A DNA stretch of 64,000 nucleotides from an uncultured Fibrobacter sp. (GCA_964411655.1 CAYPMS010000008.1:812-64811), one strand, 5' to 3'. Positions 9,799 to 19,196 are shown, numbered from the stretch's first letter. A program made the numbers and translations. The notes: generated by a model from the letters alone, not told the origin.

Positions 9799-10890
9799 TT
9801 AGAAATTGACAATAATTTCTGATCCGATACCATAAAGCAGACCATCTCTTTTAGATTTTTCAATCATAGGTACAACCACCTGTCCCCAGAGCCACCACTG
9901 AACGTTTTCTGTTGGGTAGATATAGAAAGTGGGAACTGCCCAGAATGCGTTGTCATCCTTATTTTCCAGATCCATCCCATGAATTTCCAGAGGAAGTCCG
10001 ACTGAAAATTTATCTGTAAAAGAGAACCCTGGCTCTATATAATAGAAAAACTCATCACTGATTCCCAATAATGGTGATGCAGTAAGATCAGTATTAGCAG
10101 AATCCGGGTCAAACATTGCATATGCAGCCATTGCAGTTGTTAATTTGCTAAATTTAAACAACGGCTCTACAAGCAATGTAAATACATTCTTTCGCTCTTC
10201 TCCAGGGAAATTGATATAACCGAAATCGGTTTTCAGAGACAGGATTTCTCCGAATTCTCCTAGATACTCAATACCGGCAAAAACTTTACTTCCGGTAGAA
10301 AAACTTAACATTGAGTTATTCTGAAAGCCGTAACTCAGGTTAAGCAAGTGTTTCTCTGTGAGAGTCAGATTTGTGGCACCCTGAACATCGGCAATCGTTT
10401 CACCAAGATCCGAAATTCCTGCAGTTACTTCCTGAGTGATGAGATCATTTCCGATACTGTATCTGATACCCCTGGTGAAACCCTCTGGAGTTATCATACT
10501 TAATCTCTTATAATAATAGTAATTAAATTTACCATACTGATAAACCAGATCTCCAACAGAAAAAGTGCCAAATGAGCTGGAAAAGGTTACATCGAATCCA
10601 TCAAATTTTATATCCAGCCATCTGTCAGAAGGGTTTCCGACACCAGCCGGTACTCTTCCTGGTTCACCGGCATTATTGGCTGAATTAACTGTTGCATAAA
10701 CATGAGAACTAACTTTATCATTAAATTTCAAAGACATGCCCAAGTCCAGTTCACTGTTTACATAGTATTTGCCTTTAAGATCTGCCCATACATCGGCATC
10801 GAGATATCCGCCGAAATCAATCTGCGGACCTGCGGCATTAAGAGTTGTAAAGAAAACTCCTATTGCAAATGGTATTGTTTTTACTTTCAT
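9799..10890 (-). CDS. Outer-membrane beta-barrel (porin-like) protein
   Basis: A signal peptide (MKVKTIPFAIGVFFTTLNAAG) is present, with alternating amphipathic strands and a C-terminal aromatic residue (IVNF). The preferred start is the ATG at 10890, with GGAAAGGA 6 nt upstream. Confidence 0.65.
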   Translation of the reverse strand: MKVKTIPFAIGVFFTTLNAAGPQIDFGGYLDADVWADLKGKYYVNSELDLGMSLKFNDKVSSHVYATVNSANNAGEPGRVPAGVGNPSDRWLDIKFDGFDVTFSSSFGTFSVGDLVYQYGKFNYYYYKRLSMITPEGFTRGIRYSIGNDLITQEVTAGISDLGETIADVQGATNLTLTEKHLLNLSYGFQNNSMLSFSTGSKVFAGIEYLGEFGEILSLKTDFGYINFPGEERKNVFTLLVEPLFKFSKLTTAMAAYAMFDPDSANTDLTASPLLGISDEFFYYIEPGFSFTDKFSVGLPLEIHGMDLENKDDNAFWAVPTFYIYPTENVQWWLWGQVVVPMIEKSKRDGLLYGIGSEIIVNF

Positions 10891-11130
10891 ACTCATCCTT
10901 TCCAGTGAGAAGGTACATTTAGGTAATCCGGCACACAGCTGCGATCCGCCGCACTTAATGAGCAACAACTATGCCATTACTGTTTCTGTATATTTTCAGT
11001 TAAGAATGGAAAGGAAGAGTAATTTTAGCAAAACAAATTTGTGTTATGATACGAATGTGTGTTTTAACTAGTTAACAAGAGTACATTGACTAAGCATTCC
11101 AATCAAATTACCGTTTTGGCATTTCTGGTT

Positions 11131-11159
11131 TTAAAAAGGACCTTGTCATGTAAAGGTCT
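11131..11159 (-). terminator. Rho-independent terminator after the ParA-M23 gene
   Basis: Read on the minus strand, AGACCTT tacatgac AAGGTCC is followed by TTTTTAAAA. Confidence 0.5.
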
Positions 11160-11174
11160 GATTTTCAAATTTGG

Positions 11175-13010
11175 TTAACTGGCATTTGCCTTCAGTTTAT
11201 CGACAAACATCTGGCGGTAGAAGAAAAGTTTGGGATCGGTAACGCGGAATTTTTTTTCTCCGAAGGAAATATCGCTGCCAGTTTCGGTACGTATACCATA
11301 TCCGATGTGAACATGAGGGCCGCTGGTTCTTCCAGTCATGCCAACAGTCCCAAGGACCTGGCCTTTTCTGACTCTGGTACCGTTTTTAACATATCTTCTG
11401 TCCAAATGAGCAAAGAAAATAACCATACCATCAGCAACTACTCCAACGGTTCTTCCGGCTACTGCATTTGTAAGTAAATATGCTTCCCCGTCGATAGGGC
11501 TTATGACTTCTGAACCATATTGCGCAGCCACATCCAGACCATAATGGGGTTGACCTCCACCTGTACCTCTCTCGCACCAATCTCCGGTTAAGTAAGATAA
11601 TGAATCACCAACCATGCTTTTAAAAAAGCTATATACAGGTAGAAGTTGCTTCTCTTCAGGGTTGATTATTTTCTGGGGTGGATAAAAATCAACTTCCAAA
11701 CCATCTGGAATATAATCCGGAGTTTTGATCTTTGTCTCCCCTTCAAGACGGGTTAGATTATGGGTGGAAACTACTTCCAGAACATATTGATTTATCTCCT
11801 CAAAACTGGGGACAACAGCTCTGAAGTGGCAGATAGCAAATTTGGCCAGCTTGTAGATCGATTCACCCTGACTGAACCTATGGGTGTAGATCTTGTCTTT
11901 AGCGATAGACAGTTGTTGGGGGGCAACCGGACGGGGAGCAATTGACTCAACCACCTGAGAATTTAATCCATAAATTACCACCAACGCGGTAGCCGCACAT
12001 AGTTTTGGAATAGCTTCAAGGATCACTACTTTTTTATTGTTTACTGCTGGAACAGGTGTATTTAATACATATTGTACTCTGTTGGCTAACTCATCAAAGG
12101 CTTTGGTAACAGCAGCATTTTTTTTATAAGACTGCAGAGTTTTACCCTCATCCTGGGCATCTCTTACAATTGCAGACTCAGGTATTTCAAGATCAAACAT
12201 GATAGATTGGGGCAGTAGTGAGATACCACTGCTTCCTTCAAAGGAGACCTGCTCACAGAGGTTTTCCAGAAATTTACGGTTTTCACTCATGGTACGGGTT
12301 TTACCCTTGAGTTTGGATTCCTGATTACCAAACACCTCATTCTTAATTATTCTGATTCGTAACGCGGGATTACGTTCTGAGAGCCGGCTTACATTTGACA
12401 GATAATCACGAAGGCTCTTGGTGGACAAAGCATTCAGAGTAACCGGTATGAGATTAAGGTCACTGTGAAGATAAAGATATCTGGTCAGTGAGTTCCATAC
12501 AGAGGGAGTATCTATAACAATATATTTATAATATTCACGGCAGGAACACAGGTTAGTTACCAGGTTTTCCAGTTGCAGTCTTGAAGGTGTCTTAAAAAGA
12601 TCAGAATTTGCAGGAATGAGATCCAGCCCAGGCTGAATATTGATTGTCAGAGAAGTGACAGAGGCAGCCTTAATGGCTTTAACTATCATTTCATTGTTTT
12701 TGATATGCAAAATCTCACGGATTTTTCGGAAAAATAGTTCAGCCCGTGAGCTCTGATTGCTTGAGAAACGTCTGCGGAAAAGTTCCCATGAAGACAGTAC
12801 TGGATTTTCAGATTTGTGTCCCAAAGCTACTGTGGCACTTCCCTGAACATCCAGATCTATTATCAGTGTAGGACCTCTATTGGAAAGAGATGCTGCCAGA
12901 TTAGTAGCGACAGTCGATTTCCCTACCCCGCCCTTGATGTTTGCGATATGAATGATACCACCGTTATCCGTATCAGCAAATATCAGAGCGCTTTTGGCCC
13001 TTACACCCAT
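11175..13010 (-). CDS. ParA/MinD-type ATPase fused through a TM helix to a periplasmic M23 (LytM) peptidase domain
   Basis: The deviant Walker A is KGGVGKST (aa 26-33) and the Walker B is YIVIDTPS. A hydrophobic helix VVILEAIPKLCAATALVVIYGL lies at about aa 328-349. M23 zinc motifs HYGLD (HxxxD) and GPHVHIG (HxH) are intact near the C-terminus. Confidence 0.8.
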   Translation of the reverse strand: MGVRAKSALIFADTDNGGIIHIANIKGGVGKSTVATNLAASLSNRGPTLIIDLDVQGSATVALGHKSENPVLSSWELFRRRFSSNQSSRAELFFRKIREILHIKNNEMIVKAIKAASVTSLTINIQPGLDLIPANSDLFKTPSRLQLENLVTNLCSCREYYKYIVIDTPSVWNSLTRYLYLHSDLNLIPVTLNALSTKSLRDYLSNVSRLSERNPALRIRIIKNEVFGNQESKLKGKTRTMSENRKFLENLCEQVSFEGSSGISLLPQSIMFDLEIPESAIVRDAQDEGKTLQSYKKNAAVTKAFDELANRVQYVLNTPVPAVNNKKVVILEAIPKLCAATALVVIYGLNSQVVESIAPRPVAPQQLSIAKDKIYTHRFSQGESIYKLAKFAICHFRAVVPSFEEINQYVLEVVSTHNLTRLEGETKIKTPDYIPDGLEVDFYPPQKIINPEEKQLLPVYSFFKSMVGDSLSYLTGDWCERGTGGGQPHYGLDVAAQYGSEVISPIDGEAYLLTNAVAGRTVGVVADGMVIFFAHLDRRYVKNGTRVRKGQVLGTVGMTGRTSGPHVHIGYGIRTETGSDISFGEKKFRVTDPKLFFYRQMFVDKLKANAS

Positions 13011-13022
13011 TTATAAACCACT

Positions 13023-13373
13023 TTACAATACCTGTTGCACCGTATCGACAATGGTCTCGATTTCCGTTGGATTGGAAAGGATGCGATCTTTATCATGTCG
13101 AGCCCGATCGGTTATGAAATATGCATCCTCTTCAGCATTATATAGTATAACTGGTATATTTTCAAGTTTTTTACCGATATGAAAATAATTGTAAATTGCT
13201 TTCCCCTTTTTCCAGGTTCCCATATCCAGAAGAGCCAAATTTAGCTTTTCCGATTCGACAGCAGTCATCAATTCGTTGCTGCTGGTGCAATCAATTATTT
13301 CATACTGCTTCTGAATTGCCTCCTTTAATTGAACCTTTCTCTTTTTTGCATCATCCAACAATAATATCTTCAC
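13023..13373 (-). CDS. Stand-alone CheY-like receiver domain protein (atypical)
   Basis: MKILLLDD and LALLDM fit the acidic pocket and acceptor Asp. The conserved Thr/Ser and Lys positions appear substituted (PVILYNA; ILSNP). The stop lies only 12 nt before the ParA-M23 start. Confidence 0.6.
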   Translation of the reverse strand: MKILLLDDAKKRKVQLKEAIQKQYEIIDCTSSNELMTAVESEKLNLALLDMGTWKKGKAIYNYFHIGKKLENIPVILYNAEEDAYFITDRARHDKDRILSNPTEIETIVDTVQQVL

Positions 13374-13432
13374 ACGACCTCCAAAGGGTAATTAATTTAT
13401 TTACAATATTTAGTGTATAGCCTGGAGAGATT

Positions 13433-14113
13433 TTATCCGGCAGTTTTAAATTGAAATGTTGCTAATAGATTTTCGGCTTTCTGATAATATTCCCCAGCAG
13501 TCTTATCTGCCATAATTTCTTTACAGAGCTGCTTTGTTTTTTCTGTATCTTTTTTGCTGCTTAACAATGCTAATTTCCATTTTATAGCGACATGCCGATG
13601 CTTAACGCGCTTATCATTCAAAGCCTCCTGCAGATACTTTATTGCTTCATCGGTCTGCCCCAGGTTTTCATAACAGGCAGAAATACCTTCCAGAGCCTGC
13701 CCACTTACAAATTCAGCTGATTTTCTTGAAGTTACGGCTTTTTTGAACCAGTCGATAGCCTCCTGATATTTATTCTGCTCAGAATAAATACTGCCCAGCA
13801 TATACGCGCCAAACACTGCCTGAGGAGTTGAACCATAACTTCTTACGGTGGCAGAAAATTTTTCAATTGCCTTATCATAGTTTTTATCCTGATAAGCTAA
13901 CATTGCCTCACCGAAGGAGTTCAGTGCATTTTTCTGGGTATTAATGCTAACCTGTTTAAAGGAAAGAAATGCACCAAATAAGACTAAAAGTCCAATTGCA
14001 ACACCAATAATCACAGTACGGTGTTTCACAATATTGTCTTTGGCATTGAGGATCCAATCCATTACTGGATCTTCTCTCAGCTCCATTTTATGCTTATTGT
14101 GTTTGATATTCAA
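13433..14113 (-). CDS. Membrane-anchored TPR protein (YfgM-like architecture)
   Basis: A single N-terminal TM helix (TVIIGVAIGLLVLFGAFLSF) is followed by TPR-like repeats (YDKAIEKF, YQEAIDWFKKA, TDEAIKYLQEAL). Confidence 0.6.
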   Translation of the reverse strand: MNIKHNKHKMELREDPVMDWILNAKDNIVKHRTVIIGVAIGLLVLFGAFLSFKQVSINTQKNALNSFGEAMLAYQDKNYDKAIEKFSATVRSYGSTPQAVFGAYMLGSIYSEQNKYQEAIDWFKKAVTSRKSAEFVSGQALEGISACYENLGQTDEAIKYLQEALNDKRVKHRHVAIKWKLALLSSKKDTEKTKQLCKEIMADKTAGEYYQKAENLLATFQFKTAG

Positions 14114-14321
14114 TCAATCCCTCCTTGAAATAAACATGCTGGCAAATTGTACCAGCGTTATGTTAAAATATTTATACCAGCAATGTAGCTGATACCAAGT
14201 ATACAAAAATGTTTCCTCTGGCAGGGGGAAGTCAAGAGAAAGCAGTTTGTTAGCGATTCCTGAGCGCTGAAAATTTAAATTCGTCAGGAGAAAGCATATA
14301 TTTTGTTATTATGGTGAATAA

Positions 14322-15848
14322 ATGAAAAAAGATGAAACCAAAGAACTCATCAAACACCTCAACGAACAGAATGAATTACTTAAATCCCAGTTGATGAATA
14401 CATCACTGATTCATGAACTGACTAAAGTACTTCACTCCTGCACCGACTTCGAAGGTATCATCAAAACAGTTCTTTTGGCAATTCAGGAAATCATAGAGTT
14501 CGACCGGGTCATTCTTTTTAAGATCAACAAAAACGAATTCTGTCTGCAACCTGGTTATCAGGTGGGAATCAGTGAAGATGAAATAAAATCAGTTTCAATA
14601 TCTCTGGGATTTGAGGGAGGAGAGATTACTGATGCACTCTTCTTAAACCGTCATATATTAGTCGAAACGCCCGATAAAGATGATTTGTTCTCTCAAAAGC
14701 TTAATTCCAAATCATACCTGGTATTACCGCTGGTAAGTAAAATAAACAAAAAATGCTGGGAAGCTAAATCCTGCAATCGTACAATGTGTCCAGCTTACGG
14801 CAGCTTTAACCCATTCTGCTGGAGCATTGCCGGTTCCTCTCAGATGAATCAGGCTGAATCCGAAAACCAAAGACGCTCAAACTGCATCTTCTGTTCCTGC
14901 TTCAAGGCAGAAGGTGTTTTATGGATGGACCGGAACTCCAGTAATATTCCAATTTCCAGTGATAATATTACTACTTTGACTGCGATATTGAATATGGCAG
15001 GCATAGTAATTGAAAACTTCCGCATTCTTAATGATCTTGACCAGGCGAATATCGGTCTCCAGCAGGCAAACCATAAACTTAAACTGGTAAACCACGATCT
15101 GCAACTGGCACAGGCAAAAATCAGAAGTGACCTTGAGCACGCTCGCACAATTCAGCAAGGCCTGCTGCCCCGAGATCTTGGAAACACCTCCGCATTTTCC
15201 CTGGGAGCCCGCTATTTATCTGCAGATGCGGTCGGCGGAGACTACTACGATGTATTCAGTATTACTCCGGGAGTCTTCGGGTTGGTTGTAGCCGATGTAA
15301 GTGGACATGGAGTAGCATCTGCACTGATCATGTCCATGGCCAAAATTCTCCTTAAGACTTTCGCTGCCAATGAACAATCACCTCAAAAAACTCTGGAAAA
15401 GATAAACCAGATATTTTTGTCCGAGGTAAAAACCGATAATTTTGTCACCATTTTCTATGCTATTCTTGATACTACTGATCATAAGATCCGTTACACTTCA
15501 GCCGGCCACTGCCCTATACTCCTTTTTGATCGATCAGCCAAGACCTGTTCCCGTATCAAAGCAGATGGACTGTTTATGGGAGTATTTCCAGATATGATGC
15601 TCTCGGAAAGCCAGATAAACTATATTCCCGGAAATATTCGTCTGGTGCTTTACACCGATGGACTTATCGAAGCAAAAAACAAGTCTGAAGAGATGTACGG
15701 AGTTGAAAGACTTACTAAATGTTGCTTTAAGACTCTGGATGTTCCACCCGAACAAACTGTGGATCTGATACTTTTTGACCAGAAGACCTTCAGCGGAGAT
15801 ACCGCAGTTCCTGATGACGATATCACCATTTTGGTTATAGACCTTTAG
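14322..15848 (+). CDS. GAF-like sensor with Cys-rich insertion fused to a PP2C/SpoIIE-type serine phosphatase
   Basis: The C-terminal half has SpoIIE/RsbU motifs (GGDYYDV, VADVSGHGVASAL, LYTDGLIEA, DDITILVID). The N-terminal GAF-like fold is interrupted by KKCWEAKSCNRTMCPAYGSFNPFCWSIAG...NCIFCSC. Confidence 0.8.
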   Translation: MKKDETKELIKHLNEQNELLKSQLMNTSLIHELTKVLHSCTDFEGIIKTVLLAIQEIIEFDRVILFKINKNEFCLQPGYQVGISEDEIKSVSISLGFEGGEITDALFLNRHILVETPDKDDLFSQKLNSKSYLVLPLVSKINKKCWEAKSCNRTMCPAYGSFNPFCWSIAGSSQMNQAESENQRRSNCIFCSCFKAEGVLWMDRNSSNIPISSDNITTLTAILNMAGIVIENFRILNDLDQANIGLQQANHKLKLVNHDLQLAQAKIRSDLEHARTIQQGLLPRDLGNTSAFSLGARYLSADAVGGDYYDVFSITPGVFGLVVADVSGHGVASALIMSMAKILLKTFAANEQSPQKTLEKINQIFLSEVKTDNFVTIFYAILDTTDHKIRYTSAGHCPILLFDRSAKTCSRIKADGLFMGVFPDMMLSESQINYIPGNIRLVLYTDGLIEAKNKSEEMYGVERLTKCCFKTLDVPPEQTVDLILFDQKTFSGDTAVPDDDITILVIDL

Positions 15849-15909
15849 CAGATTTATTCTTACATCTTCCTTTTATCTATTTATCCCAACCTCCTATCAA
15901 ACTTTTATC

Positions 15910-15938
15910 TCAAGAATTTCTAAAACGTTACCGATATT
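15910..15938 (+). promoter_or_regulatory. Candidate sigma-28 (FliA) promoter upstream of flgM
   Basis: TCAAG-N16-CCGATATT resembles the TAAA-N15-GCCGATAA class III flagellar promoter. It lies about 88 nt upstream of the flgM ATG. Confidence 0.35.
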
Positions 15939-16025
15939 AATAATGGATCATAGGGAGAAACTCCAGGGACGGAAACACTTCCAGGGAAGGAAGAAACTCC
16001 CTATCAAAGAAAGGCAGGTAAGCTT

Positions 16026-16316
16026 ATGCAAATTAAATCGGTTAGTGCAGCTTACGGGGCCAAACCTTTAGAAACTTCCGCAACTAGCGGCAGAAAGTCA
16101 GCCCCGGGAAAAATGGCGGCTGTTCCAAGCGAGCAGGTGGAGTTTTCTGAAGCATCACAGAGTCTTCAGAAATTAACAGAAGCGGTTAACTCGATTCCAG
16201 AAGTTAGAATCGAACTGGTAGAGGAAATCAAAACAAAGATCAAACACAATGGCTATCCACTGGAATCAAATTTGTATAAAGCAGTTGAAAAACTGTTGAA
16301 AGAAAAAATTATCTGA
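16026..16316 (+). CDS. flgM: Anti-sigma-28 factor FlgM
   Basis: It is 96 aa. The C-terminal part (EVRIELVEEIKTKIKHNGYPLESNLYKAVEKLL) matches the FlgM family pattern, and the N-terminus is disordered and Ser/Ala-rich. Confidence 0.75.
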   Translation: MQIKSVSAAYGAKPLETSATSGRKSAPGKMAAVPSEQVEFSEASQSLQKLTEAVNSIPEVRIELVEEIKTKIKHNGYPLESNLYKAVEKLLKEKII

Positions 16317-16335
16317 TTCTAAAAAAATCCTGGGC

Positions 16336-16371
16336 GGATATCACTTCCCGGATATCCCCCATTGTTTTTTT
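16336..16371 (+). terminator. Rho-independent terminator after flgM
   Basis: GGATATC (16336-16342) pairs with GATATCC (16351-16357). A T-run follows at 16364-16371. Confidence 0.45.
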
Positions 16372-16422
16372 CTCTTGCCTTTAAAAGATTCTTAACCCAT
16401 ATTAAGTAACTGTTTTTTAAGC

Positions 16423-16508
16423 GCCCGGGTGGCGGAATAGGTAGACGCTGCGGACTTAAAATCCGTTCCTGTGAAAACGGGGTGCCGGTTCGATTCCGGC
16501 CCTGGGCA
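16423..16508 (+). tRNA. tRNA-Leu (anticodon UAA), class II with long variable arm
   Basis: The acceptor stem GCCCGGG pairs with CCTGGGC, with discriminator A. The anticodon arm is GCGGA-CTTAAAA-TCCGT, giving anticodon TAA. The T-arm is GCCGGTTCGATTCCGGC, and a long variable arm is present. Confidence 0.9.
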
Positions 16509-16612
16509 TTTTTAAAACAACTCCTCTGTTAATTTGCCACAACACTTTTTCTGCAAGAAAAACAAAACATACTAATACATTATTTCTGATAAACCAGAAG
16601 CCCTGATTTTTT

Positions 16613-19057
16613 TTAAATGAATAGATTGTAATTGGACTGATCCGCTTTCTCCAGATAATTTGCCACTCCCCCTATCTCTACTCCATCAATAAGCTCCTCT
16701 TTTTTAATTCCCATGATATCCATGGACATAGAACAGGCCACAAATTTTATGCCGTTTTTCCTTGCCTCATCAATAAGCCTGGATAATGAGTATACGTTTT
16801 TGTGTTTCATAACCTGCTGTATCATAAAGGTACCCATTCCCGCCATATGCATTTTAGACAGTTTAACTTTTGAAGCACCTCTGGGCATCATCAACCCAAA
16901 CATTTTCTCAACTATATTCTTTTTTACCGAAATTTTTTCATTCTTACGCAACAGGTTCAATCCCCAGAATGTAAAGAACATGGTGACTTGAGCCCCCATC
17001 GCAGCAGCCCCGTTGGCAATAATAAAAGCAGCCATCATTTTATCGAAATCATTGGAAAACACCACTATCGTTTTACTGTTTTTTTTCGCTTCCTCAATTC
17101 TATAATCACCCAAAGAACTGCCCTTTTTCACAAGCGCAGTATATACTCCATCACTGTTTGACAAGCTCAGGAGAGAATTTCCGGTTCTGCTGCACCATGA
17201 AGGGATGTCAGTCACAAAACCCTGCTCAGTAGCCTTTATCTGTACAGTCTCTCCTTCCTGAATTTTATCCATTGTCTCTTTGAGTTTCATGATTGGCCCC
17301 GGACACTGCAATCCACATGCGTCTATTAGCACTGTAGCACCAATTTTGTTGCGGTTTGAATCCGGTGAAGAACATAAAGACTTGTTAACCGGTCCAAAGC
17401 ATTTAGTATCCGGCTCACTATCACTAAATGTGGAGTATGTTTTATATCCGCCGGAAAGATTGTAAGCTTCAAAACCATTCTGGGTCAGAATACGTGCTGC
17501 AATGTACCCCCGCAGTCCGATTTGACAATAAACCAGTACAGGTTTTCCCTTATCCAATTCATCAAGTCTATCCCTGAGTTGCTCCAGAGGAATGACTAAG
17601 GAACCGCTTATAGAACCCTGTTCATGCTCAATTTCCGAGCGAACATCAAGCAGCGTACAGTTTTTTCGCATCCGCTCAATATCCTCAGGATAAACAACCT
17701 TTGATGTGTTATTCAGAATGTTTTCAGCAACAAATCCTGCGATATTAACAGCATCCCTGGCATTGCCATAAGGTGGTGCATATGAGAGTTCAAGTTCTGC
17801 GAGATCGTGAACGGTTAATCCATGTCTTATTGCAGTAGCAAATATGTCGATTCTCTTGTCTACTCCCAGTTTCCCGATTACCTGCGCACCAAGAAGTCTT
17901 CCGTTATCAGGAGCAAATAATATCTTTATAGACATGGGATAGGAACCAGGGTAATATCCGGCATGACTTGAAGAATGGGTGTAAGATTTAAGGTAAGCTA
18001 TTCCCAGTTTTTTTGCCGTTTTCTCATTTATTCCACTGACCGCGGCAGTGAGATCAAAAACTTTGCAGATAGCAGTACCCTGAGTATTTCTGTAAACCGT
18101 TTCCTTACCACTTATATTATCAGCAACGATTCTGCCCTGACGATTTGCAGGACCTGCAAGTGGAATATGTACTTTCTGACCGGAGACTAGATCAGTAACC
18201 TCAACCGCATCACCCACCGCATAGATATCCTTAATATTTGTTCTCATATGCTTATCCACGATTATGGCACCCCGTTCATTAACCTCTATTCCAGCTTTCT
18301 TTACAAAACTGGTATCAGGCCTCACTCCGATCGCCAGAATCGCCATATCCACATTTAAAATTTCGCCGTTATTAAGTGTAATGTCCAGAGTTCCATCTTC
18401 TTTGTCTGCAAAAGCACGTGCTCCATTTTCAAGCAATAAGCGGATACCATTAATCTTAAGATGTTGATGAAGAATCTGAGCCATTTCCCGATCTGCAGGG
18501 GCAAAAACCTGATCCATCAGTTCGATTTGAACGACCTCCAAACCACGGTGTCTAAGATTCTCAGTCATCTCCAGTCCGATAAACCCCCCCCCGATAACGG
18601 CTGCTCTTCGGATTTTACCACTGTCAACTTTTTCTTTGATTAGATCCATATCTGGTAAGGTGCGTAAAGTATGAACATGCCTGCTGTTGATCCCTGCCAC
18701 GGGTGGCCACACTGGTTCTGCACCTGGAGATAGTACCAGATAATCGTATGATTCTTCATAAATTGTCCTATCAGATTTTACAGTGACTGTTTTTTTAACC
18801 GTATTTATTGCAGTCACTTCGGATTTAATCCTGACATCCACCCTGAAACGCGCACTAAACTGTTCTGGTTTGGAAATCAACAGATCATCCCTGTTTTTAA
18901 TAGTTTCTCCGATATGGTAAGGAAGACCGCAATTGGCAAAAGAGATGTACTCCCCTTTTTCGAACATGATTATCTGTGCAGTCTCATCAAGCCTTCGCAT
19001 ACGTGCAGCGAAACTGGCTCCTCCTGCGACTCCGCCTATGACCAAAATCTTTTTCAT
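16613..19057 (-). CDS. Four-domain fusion: CoA-disulfide/persulfide reductase (FAD/NAD(P)) - rhodanese - TusA-like - DsrE/DsrF-like
   Basis: The domains are identified as follows:
- GGVAGGASFA is the FAD-binding motif, and SFANCGLPY carries the CoADR redox Cys.
- CQIGLRGY is the rhodanese active-site loop.
- DACGLQCPGP is the TusA CPxP motif.
- The C-terminal roughly 160 aa are DsrE-like. Confidence 0.8.
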   Translation of the reverse strand: MKKILVIGGVAGGASFAARMRRLDETAQIIMFEKGEYISFANCGLPYHIGETIKNRDDLLISKPEQFSARFRVDVRIKSEVTAINTVKKTVTVKSDRTIYEESYDYLVLSPGAEPVWPPVAGINSRHVHTLRTLPDMDLIKEKVDSGKIRRAAVIGGGFIGLEMTENLRHRGLEVVQIELMDQVFAPADREMAQILHQHLKINGIRLLLENGARAFADKEDGTLDITLNNGEILNVDMAILAIGVRPDTSFVKKAGIEVNERGAIIVDKHMRTNIKDIYAVGDAVEVTDLVSGQKVHIPLAGPANRQGRIVADNISGKETVYRNTQGTAICKVFDLTAAVSGINEKTAKKLGIAYLKSYTHSSSHAGYYPGSYPMSIKILFAPDNGRLLGAQVIGKLGVDKRIDIFATAIRHGLTVHDLAELELSYAPPYGNARDAVNIAGFVAENILNNTSKVVYPEDIERMRKNCTLLDVRSEIEHEQGSISGSLVIPLEQLRDRLDELDKGKPVLVYCQIGLRGYIAARILTQNGFEAYNLSGGYKTYSTFSDSEPDTKCFGPVNKSLCSSPDSNRNKIGATVLIDACGLQCPGPIMKLKETMDKIQEGETVQIKATEQGFVTDIPSWCSRTGNSLLSLSNSDGVYTALVKKGSSLGDYRIEEAKKNSKTIVVFSNDFDKMMAAFIIANGAAAMGAQVTMFFTFWGLNLLRKNEKISVKKNIVEKMFGLMMPRGASKVKLSKMHMAGMGTFMIQQVMKHKNVYSLSRLIDEARKNGIKFVACSMSMDIMGIKKEELIDGVEIGGVANYLEKADQSNYNLFI

Positions 19058-19081
19058 CTGTTACCCCATCAGACTAAACCT

Positions 19082-19120
19082 TAAAAAAAAGGGTGGAGAA
19101 AAGCAGTCCGTTTTTCCACC
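19082..19120 (-). terminator. Rho-independent terminator after trxA
   Basis: Read on the minus strand, GGGTGGA aaaacggactgcttttc TCCACCC is followed by TTTTTTTT. Confidence 0.6.
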
Positions 19121-19196
19121 CGATGCGCTTAACAAATTAAAACCACTTAATGCGCAAGATAAGATGCCCTCTCCACACCTCATCAAGGCCAAAAAA

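Noticed and set aside
16423-16508. tRNA-Leu as a possible integration hotspot flanking a genomic island.
   Set aside because: There is no integrase, no direct repeat of the tRNA 3' end and no obvious compositional break on either side within the window.
19150-19170. A sigma-54-like element on the minus strand (GGGCATCTTATCTTGCGCA) upstream of the CoADR-rhodanese-TusA-DsrE gene. It would have linked that gene directly to the neighbouring activator.
   Set aside because: The GG-to-GC spacing is 11 nt instead of the strict 10, so it does not fit the -24/-12 geometry. I keep it only as a near miss worth testing experimentally.
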